This document shows positions 54,741 through 64,000 of a DNA stretch of 64,000 nucleotides, piece by piece. The DNA comes from Eledone cirrhosa (Eukaryota): NCBI GenBank assembly GCA_964016885.1, contig CAXHJY010001431.1, positions 1-64,000 on the forward strand, given 5' to 3'. How positions within the stretch are numbered: the first letter of the stretch is position 1; each line of letters opens with the position of its first letter. A program made the translations under genes and the position numbers. The notes beneath the pieces are model-generated. The model ran no database searches. It was not told the origin of the DNA and worked only from the letters and a program-made list of their open reading frames with translations.

Positions 54741-57700
54741 AAAATCACACCACACACAGCAAATGTGTGTCTGCACATGGACCAGTAATTACCGATCGAT
54801 CCGACCATAGGCGGCCGGCTCACGATCGAAAAGGTAACTCCGCCGGCAAATTCGCATTTTTGTGATTCGTTTCTTCGAAGCACACCATTCGCTGGTGGAC
54901 TTCAGCTTCCGCATTTAGCATGGGCAGCTTTTCTTGAAAATCACACCACACACATTCAATGAGTGTCTGCACATATACCAGTAATTACAGATCGATCCGA
55001 CCACGGGCGGCCGGCCCACGATCGAAAAGGTAACTCCGCCGGCAAATTCGCATTTTTGTGATTCGTTTCTTCGAAGCACACCATTCGCTGGTAGACTTCA
55101 GCTTCCGCATTTAGCATGGGCAGCGTTTCTTGAAAATCACACCACACACAGTCAATGAGTGTCTGCACATGTACCAGTAATTACAAATCGATCCGACCAC
55201 GGGCGGCCGGCCACGATCGAAAAGGTAACTCCGCCGGCAAATTCGCATTTTTGTGATTCGTTTCTTCGAAGCACACCATTCGCTGGTGGACTTCAGCTTC
55301 CGCATTTAGCATGGGCAGCTTTTCTTGAACATCACACCACACACAGCCAATGAGTGTCTGCACATATACCAGTAATTACAGATCGATCCGACCACGGGCG
55401 GCCGGCTCACGATCGAAAAGGTAACTCCGCCGGCAAATTCGCATTTTTGTGATTCGTTTCTTCGAAGCACACCATTCGCTGGTGGACTTCAGCTTCCTCA
55501 TTTAGCATGGGCAGCTTTTCTTGAAAATCACACCACACACAGCAGATGTGTGTCTGCACATGGACCAGTAATTACAGATCGATCCGACCATAGGCGGCCG
55601 GCTCACGATCGAAAAGGTAACTCCGCCGGCAAATTCGCATTTTTGTGATTCGTTTCTTCGAAGCACACCATTCGCTGGTGGACTTCAGCTTCCGCATTTA
55701 GCATGGGCAACGTTTCGTGAAAATCACACCACACAGAGCAAATGTGTGTCTGCACATGGACCAGTAATTACAGATCGATCCGACCACAGGCGGCCGGCCC
55801 ACGATCGAAAATGTAACTCCGCCGGTAAATAGTCATTTTTGTGATTCGTTTTCTTCGAAGCACACCATTCGCCGCCGGACTTCAGCTTCCTCATTTAGCA
55901 TGGGCAGTTTTTCTTGAAAATCACACCACACACAGCAAATGTGTGTCTGCACATGGACCAGTAATTACAGATCGATGCGACCACAGGCGGCCCGCCCACG
56001 ATCGAAAAGGTAACTCCGGCGGCAAATTCGCATTTTTGTGATTCGTTTCTTCGAAGCACACCATTCGCTGGTGGACTTCAGCTTCCGCATTTAGCATGGG
56101 CAGCTTTTCTTGAAAATCACACCACACACAGCAAATGTGTGTCTGCACATGGACCAGTAATTACAGATCGATCCGACCACGGGCGGCCGGCCCACCATCG
56201 AAAAGGTAACTCCGCCGGCAAATTCGCATTTTTGTGATTCGTTTCTTCGAAGCACACCATTCGCTGGTGGACTTCAGCCTCCGCATTTAGCATGGGCAGC
56301 TTTTCTTGAAAATCACACCACACACAGCAAATGTGTGTCTGCACATGGACCAGTAATTACAGATCGATCCGACCACGGGCGGCCGGCCCACCATCGAAAA
56401 GGTAACTCCGCCGGCAAATTCGCATTTTTGTGATTCGTTTCTTCGAAGCACACCATTCGCTGGTGGACTTCAGCTTCCGCATTTAGCATGGGCAGCTTTT
56501 CTTGAACATCACACCACACACAGCCAATGAGTGTCTGCACATATACCAGTAATTACAGATCGATCCGACCACGGGCGGCCGGCTCACGATCGAAAAGGTA
56601 ACTCCGCCGGCAAATTCGCATTTTTGTGATTCGTTTCTTCGAAGCACACCATTCGCTGGTGGACTTCAGCTTCCTCATTTAGCATGGGCAGCTTTTCTTG
56701 AAAATCACACCACACACAGCCAATGAGTGTCTGCACATATACCAGTAATTACAGATCGATCCGACCACAGGCGGCCGGCCCACGATCGAAAAGGTAACTC
56801 CGCCGGCAAATTCGCATTTTTGTGATTCGTTTCTTCGAAGCACACCATTCGTGGGTAGACTTCAGCTTCCGCATTTAGCATGGGCAGCTTTTCTTTAAAA
56901 TCACACCACACACAGCAAATGTGTGTCTGCACATGGACCAGTAATTACAGATCGATCCGACCATAGGCGGCCGGCCCACGATCGAAAACGTAACTCCGCC
57001 AGCAAATTCGCATTTTTGTGATTCGTTTCTTCGAAGCACACCATTCGCTGGTGGACTTCAGCTTCCGCATTTAGCATGGGCAACGTTTCGTGAAAATCAC
57101 ACCACACAGAGCAAATGTGTGTCTGCACATGGACCAGTAATTACAAATCGATCCGACCACGGGCGGCCGGCCCACGATCGAAAAGGTAACTCCGCCGGCA
57201 AATTCGCATTTTTGTGATTCGTTTTCTTCGAAGCACACCATTCGCCGCCGGACTTCAGCTTCCTCATTTAGCATGGGCAGTTTTTCTTGAAAATCACACC
57301 ACACACAGCAAATGTGTGTCTGCACATGGACGAGTAATTACAGATCGATCCGACCACGGGCAGCCGGCCCACGATCGAAAAGGTAACTCCGCCGGCAAAT
57401 TCGCATTTTTGTGATTCGTTTCTTCGAAGCACACCATTCGCTGGTGGACTTCAGCTTCCGCATTTAGCATGGGCAACGTTTCGTGAAAATCACACCACAC
57501 AGAGCAAATGTGTGTCTGCACATGGACCAGTAATTACAGATCGATCCGACCACAGGCGGCCGGCCCACGATCGAAAAGGTAACTCCGCCGGTAAATAGTC
57601 ATTTTTGTGATTCGTTTTCTTCGAAGCACACCATTCGCCGCCGGACTTCAGCTTCCTCATTTAGCATGGGCAGTTTTTCTTGAAAATCACACCACACGCA

Positions 57701-59513
57701 GCAAATGTGTGTCTGCACATGGACCAGTAATTACAGATCGATGCGACCATAGGCGGCCGGCCCACGATCGAAAAGGTAACTCCGCCGGCAAATTCGCATT
57801 TTTGTGATTCGTTTCTTCGAAGCACACCATTCGCTGGTGGACTTCAGCTTCCGCATTTAGCATGGGCAGCTTTTCTTGAAAATCACACCACACACAGCAA
57901 ATGTGTGTCTGCACATGGACCAGTAATTACAGATCGATCCGACCACGGGCGGCCGGCCCACCATCGAAAAGGTAACTCCGCCGGCAAATTCGCATTTTTG
58001 TGATTCGTTTCTTCGAAGCACACCATTCGCTGGTGGACTTCAGCTTCCGCATTTAGCATGGGCAGCTTTTCTTGAACATCACACCACACACAGCCAATGA
58101 GTGTCTGCACATATACCAGTAATTACAGATCGATCCGACCACGGGCGGCCGGCTCACGATCGAAAAGGTAACTCCGCCGGCAAATTCGCATTTTTGTGAT
58201 TCGTTTCTTCGAAGCACACCATTCGCTGGTGGACTTCAGCTTCCTCATTTAGCATGGGCAGCTTTTCTTGAAAATCACACCACACACAGCAAATGTGTGT
58301 CTGCACATGGACCAGTAATTACCGATCGATCCGACCATAGGCGGCCGGCTCACGATCGAAAAGGTAACTCCGCCGGCAAATTCGCATTTTTGTGATTCGT
58401 TTCTTCGAAGCACACCATTCGCTGGTGGACTTCAGCTTCCGCATTTAGCATGGGCAGCTTTTCTTGAAAATCACACCACACACATTCAATGAGTGTCTGC
58501 ACATATACCAGTAATTACAGATCGATCCGACCACGGGCGGCCGGCCCACGATCGAAAAGGTAACTCCGCCGGCAAATTCGCATTTTTGTGATTCGTTTCT
58601 TCGAAGCACACCATTCGCTGGTAGACTTCAGCTTCCGCATTTAGCATGGGCAGCGTTTCTTGAAAATCACACCACACACAGTCAATGAGTGTCTGCACAT
58701 GTACCAGTAATTACAAATCGATCCGACCACGGGCGGCCGGCCACGATCGAAAAGGTAACTCCGCCGGCAAATTCGCATTTTTGTGATTCGTTTCTTCGAA
58801 GCACACCATTCGCTGGTGGACTTCAGCTTCCGCATTTAGCATGGGCAGCTTTTCTTGAACATCACACCACACACAGCCAATGAGTGTCTGCACATATACC
58901 AGTAATTACAGATCGATCCGACCACGGGCGGCCGGCTCACGATCGAAAAGGTAACTCCGCCGGCAAATTCGCATTTTTGTGATTCGTTTCTTCGAAGCAC
59001 ACCATTCGCTGGTGGACTTCAGCTTCCTCATTTAGCATGGGCAGCTTTTCTTGAAAATCACACCACACACAGCAGATGTGTGTCTGCACATGGACCAGTA
59101 ATTACAGATCGATCCGACCATAGGCGGCCGGCTCACGATCGAAAAGGTAACTCCGCCGGCAAATTCGCATTTTTGTGATTCGTTTCTTCGAAGCACACCA
59201 TTCGCTGGTGGACTTCAGCTTCCGCATTTAGCATGGGCAACGTTTCGTGAAAATCACACCACACAGAGCAAATGTGTGTCTGCACATGGACCAGTAATTA
59301 CAGATCGATCCGACCACAGGCGGCCGGCCCACGATCGAAAATGTAACTCCGCCGGTAAATAGTCATTTTTGTGATTCGTTTTCTTCGAAGCACACCATTC
59401 GCCGCCGGACTTCAGCTTCCTCATTTAGCATGGGCAGTTTTTCTTGAAAATCACACCACACACAGCAAATGTGTGTCTGCACATGGACCAGTAATTACAG
59501 ATCGATGCGACCA
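52761..59513. repeat. Duplication with a 3530-bp (18-monomer) period, ~1.9 copies
   Basis: ORFs 52783..55841 recur at +3530 (56313..59371). Private variants GGACGAGTAAT (~53790/57320) and CACATTCAAT (~54951/58481) are shared. Confidence 0.9.
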
Positions 59514-60089
59514 TAGGCGGCCGGCCCACGATCGAAAAGGTAACTCCGCCGGCAAATTCGCATTTTTGTGATTCGTTTCTTCGAAGCACACCATTCGCTG
59601 GTGGACTTCAGCTTCCGCATTTAGCATGGGCAGCTTTTCTTGAAAATCACACCACACACAGTCAATGAGTCTCTGCACATATACCAGTAATTACAGATCG
59701 ATCCGACCACAGGCGGCCCGCCCACGATCGAAAAGGTAACTCCGGCGGCAAATTCGCATTTTTGTGATTCGTTTCTTCGAAGCACACCATTCGCTGGTGG
59801 ACTTCAGCTTCCGCATTTAGCATGGGCAGCTTTTCTTGAAAATCACACCACACACAGCAAATGTGTGTCTGCACATGGACCAGTAATTACAGATCGATCC
59901 GACCACGGGCGGCCGGCCCACCATCGAAAAGGTAACTCCGCCGGCAAATTCGCATTTTTGTGATTCGTTTCTTCGAAGCACACCATTCGCTGGTGGACTT
60001 CAGCTTCCGCATTTAGCATGGGCAACTTTTCTTGAAAATCACACCACACACAGGCAATGAGTGTCTGCACATGTACCAGTAATTACAGA

Positions 60090-60174
60090 TCGATCCGACC
60101 ACGGGCGGCCGGCCCACGATCGAAAAGGTAACTCGATCCGACCACGGGCGGCCGGCCACGATCGAAAAGGTAAC
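60090..60174. repeat. Internal 43+42-bp direct repeat, 238-bp monomer (copy 8)
   Basis: Same GGTAACTCGATCCG junction. The flanks lack the TTTATCATGG and TTGTAATTCG markers found beside copies 1-7. Confidence 0.96.
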
Positions 60175-61299
60175 TCCGCCGGCAAATTCGCATTTTTGTG
60201 ATTCGTTTCTTCGAAGCACACCATTCGCTGGTGGACTTCAGCTTCCGCATTTAGCATGGGCAGCTTTTCTTGAACATCACGCCACACACAGCCAATGAGT
60301 GTCTGCACATATACTAGTAATTACAGATCGATCCGACCACGGGCGGCCGGCTCACGATCGAAAAGGTAACTCCGCAGGCAAATTCGCATTTTTGTGATTC
60401 GTTTCTTCGAAGCACACCATTCGCTGGTGGACTTCAGCTTCCTCATTTAGCATGGGCAGCTTTTCTTGAAAATCACACCACACACAGCAAATGTGTGTCT
60501 GCACATGGACCAGTAATTACAGATCGATCCGACCATAGGCGGCCGGCTCACGATCGAAAAGGTAACTCCGCCGGCAAATTCGCATTTTTGTGATTCGTTT
60601 CTTCGAAGCACACCATTCGCTGGTGGACTTCAGCTTCCGCATTTAGCATGGGCAGCTTTTCTTGAAAATCACACCACACACAGCAAATGTGTGTCTGCAC
60701 ATGGACCAGTAATTACAGATCGATCCGACCACGGGCAGCCGGCCCACCATCGAAAAGGTAACTCCGCCGGCAAATTCGCATTTTTGTGATTCGTTTCTTC
60801 GAAGCACACCATTCGCTGGTGGACTTCAGCTTCCGCATTTAGCATGGGCAACTTTTCTTGAAAATCACACCACACACAGGCAATGAGTGTCTGTACATGT
60901 ACCAGTAATTACAAATCGATCCCAACACGGGCGGCCGGCCACGATCGAAAAGGTAACTCCGCCGGCAAATTCGCATTTTTGTGATTCGTTTCTTCGAAGC
61001 ACACCATTCGCTGGTGGACTTCAGCTTCCGCATTTAGCATGGGCAGCTTTTCTTGAACATCACACCACACACAGCCAATGAGTGTCTGCACATATACCAG
61101 TAATTACAGATCGATCCGACCACGGGCGGCCGGCTCACGATCGAAAAGGTAACTCCGCCGGCAAATTCGCATTTTTGTGATTCGTTTCTTCGAAGCACAC
61201 CATTCGCTGGTAGACTTCAGCTTCCGCATTTAGCATGGGCAGCGTTTCTTGAAAATCACACCACACACAGTCAATGAGTGTCTGCACATATACCAGTAA

Positions 61300-64000
61300 T
61301 TACAGATCGATCCGACCACAGGCGGCCGGCCCACGATCGAAAAGGTAACTCCGCCGGCAAATTCGCATTTTTGTGATTCGTTTCTTCGAAGCACACCATT
61401 CGCTGGTGGACTTCAGCTTCCGCATTTAGCATGGGCAACGTTTCGTGAAAATCACACCACACAGAGCAAATGTGTGTCTTCACATGGACCAGTAATTACA
61501 GATCGATCCGACCACAGGCGGCCGGCCCACGATCGAAAAGGTAACTCCGCCGGTAAATAGTCATTTTTGTGATTCGTTTTCTTCGAAGCACACCATTCGC
61601 CGCCGGACTTCAGCTTCCTCATTTAGCATGGGCAGTTTTTCTTGAAAATCACACCACACACGGCAAATGTGTGCCAGCACATGGACCAGTAATTACAGAT
61701 CGATGCGACCATAGGCGGCCGGCCCACGATCGAAAAGGTAACTCCGCCGGCAAATTCGCATTTTTGTGATTCGTTTCTTCGAAGCACACCATTCGCTGGT
61801 GGACTTCAGCTTCCGCATTTAGCATGGGCAGCTTTTCTTGAAAATCACACCACACACAGTCAATGAGTGTCTGAAAATATACCAGTAATTACAGATCGAT
61901 CCGACCACAGGCGGCCGGCCCACGATCGAAAAGGTAACTCCGCCGGCAAATTCGCATTTTTGTGATTCGTTTCTTCGAAGCACACCATTCGCTGGTGGAC
62001 TTCAGCTTCCGCATTTAGCATGGGCAGCTTTTCTTGAACATCACACCACACACAGCCAATGAGTGTCTGCACATATACCAGTAATTACAGATCGATCCGA
62101 CCACGGGCGGCCGGCTCACGATCGAAAAGGTAACTCCGCCGGCAAATTCGCATTTTTGTGATTCGTTTCTTCGAAGCACACCATTCGCTGGTGGACTTCA
62201 GCTTCCGCATTTAGCATGGGCAGCCTTTCTTGAAAATCACACCACACACAGTCAATGAGTGTCTGCACATATACCAGTAATTACAGATCGATCCGACCAC
62301 GGGCGGCCGGCCCACGATCGAAAAGGTAACTCCGCCGGCAAATTCGCATTTTTGTGATTCGTTTCTTCGAAGCACACCATTCGCTGGTAGACTTCAGCTT
62401 CCGCATTTAGCATGGGCAGCGTTTCTTGAAAATCACACCACACACAGGCAATGAGTGTCTGCACATATACCAGTAATGACAGATCGATCCGACCACAGGC
62501 GGCCGGCCCACGATCGAAAAGGTAACTCCGCCGGCAAATTCGCATTTTTGTGATTCGTTTCTTCGAAGCACACCATTCGCTGGTGGACTTCAGCTTCCGC
62601 ATTTAGCATGGGCAACGTTTCGTGAAAATCACACCACACAGAGCAAATGTGTGTCTTCACATGGACCAGTAATTACAGATCGATCCGACCACAGGCGGCC
62701 GGCCCACGATCGAAAAGGTAACTCCGCCGGTAAATAGTCATTTTTGTGATTCGTTTTCTTCGAAGCACACCATTCGCCGCCGGACTTCAGCTTCCTCATT
62801 TAGCATGGGCAGTTTTTCTTGAAAATCACACCACACACGGCAAATGTGTGCCAGCACATGGACCAGTAATTACAGATCGATGCGACCATAGGCGGCCGGC
62901 CCACGATCGAAAAGGTAACTCCGCCGGCAAATTCGCATTTTTGTGATTCGTTTCTTCGAAGCACACCATTCGCTGGTGGACTTCAGCTTCCGCATTTAGC
63001 ATGGGCAGCTTTTCTTGAAAATCACACCACACACAGTCAATGAGTGTCTGAAAATATACCAGTAATTACAGATCGATCCGACCACAGGCGGCCGGCCCAC
63101 GATCGAAAAGGTAACTCCGCCGGCAAATTCGCATTTTTGTGATTCGTTTCTTCGAAGCACACCATTCGCTGGTGGACTTCAGCTTCCGCATTTAGCATGG
63201 GCAGCTTTTCTTGAACATCACACCACACACAGCCAATGAGTGTCTGCACATATACCAGTAATTACAGATCGATCCGACCACGGGCGGCCGGCTCACGATC
63301 GAAAAGGTAACTCCGCCGGCAAATTCGCATTTTTGTGATTCGTTTCTTCGAAGCACACCATTCGCTGGTGGACTTCAGCTTCCGCATTTAGCATGGGCAG
63401 CTTTTCTTGAAAATCACACCACACACAGTCAATGAGTGTCTGCACATATACCAGTAATTACAGATCGATCCGACCACGGGCGGCCGGCCCACGATCGAAA
63501 AGGTAACTCCGCCGGCAAATTCGCATTTTTGTGATTCGTTTCTTCGAAGCACACCATTCGCTGGTAGACTTCAGCTTCCGCATTTAGCATGGGCAGCGTT
63601 TCTTGAAAATCACACCACACACAGGCAATGAGTGTCTGCACATATACCAGTAATGACAGATCGATCCGACCACAGGCGGCCGGCCCACGATCGAAAAGGT
63701 AACTCCGCCGGCAAATTCGCATTTTTGTGATTCGTTTCTTCGAAGCACACCATTCGCTGGTGGACTTCAGCTTCCGCATTTAGCATGGGCAACGTTTCGT
63801 GAAAATCACACCACACAGAGCAAATGTGTGTCTTCACATGGACCAGTAATTACAGATCGATCCGACCACAGGCGGCCGGCCCACGATCGAAAAGGTAACT
63901 CCGCCGGTAAATAGTCATTTTTGTGATTCGTTTTCTTCGAAGCACACCATTCGCCGCCGGACTTCAGCTTCCTCATTTAGCATGGGCAGTTTTTCTTGAA
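61300..64000. repeat. Higher-order repeat, 1177 bp (6 monomers), at least 2.3 copies, running off the window end
   Basis: ORFs 61569/62746, 61860/63037, 62252/63429 and 62433/63610. Private variants are GTCTTCACATG (x3), GTCTGAAAATAT (x2) and GTAATGACAG (x2). Confidence 0.9.

Larger units (their letters stand above)
1..64000. repeat. Tandem satellite DNA array, ~196-bp monomer, ~325 head-to-tail copies, extending beyond both window edges
   Basis: The motif (T/G)ACCAGTAATTACAGATCGATCCGACC recurs at 1, 196, 392 and onward every 195-197 bp to the end. ORF-track starts step by 195-197 bp. Monomers differ by only a few substitutions, and no intervening unique sequence is seen. Confidence 0.99.

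Noticed and set aside
10-63837. Hundreds of 60-116-aa ORFs (MQTLIxCVWCD..., MRKLKSTSEW..., MSAHVPVIT...)
   Set aside because: The monomer length is not a multiple of 3. ORFs overlap in shifting frames and are broken by a common stop variant (GGCTCAC gives TGA on the minus strand) and by 1-bp indels. Several displayed starts are non-ATG, and no domain is recognisable. They are artefacts of the repeat.
1-64000. CRISPR array, integron cassette array or other repeat-spacer system
   Set aside because: There are no unique spacers or cassettes; the whole unit is repeated. No cas, integrase or other gene is present.

Overview
The whole 64-kb window is one uninterrupted head-to-tail tandem satellite array of about 325 monomers of ~196 bp, all in the same orientation. 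Representative monomer (196-391): TACCAGTAATTACAGATCGATCCGACCACGGGCGGCCGGCCCACGATCGAAAAGGTAACTCCGCCGGCAAATTCGCATTTTTGTGATTCGTTTCTTCGAAGCACACCATTCGCTGGTGGACTTCAGCTTCCTCATTTAGCATGGGCAGCTCTTCTTGAAAATCACACCACACACAGCCAATGAGTGTCTGCACATA. I see no unique sequence, gene, transposon, CRISPR array or inversion, and the ORF track is an artefact of the repeat. The array is most plausibly eukaryotic heterochromatic or centromere-type satellite, but I cannot name the species or family. The real structure is in the variant pattern: 195/196/197-bp monomer classes, a recurrent 238-bp monomer with an internal 43+42-bp duplication (8 copies), and successive local higher-order repeats or duplications (21-, 11-, 14/15-, 49-, 14-, 24-, 8-, 18- and 6-monomer periods) with region-specific variants. 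I find no supportable new gene system. The weak RNA-structure hints are flagged as speculation. Block boundaries were read by eye and from ORF-track offsets and are approximate.
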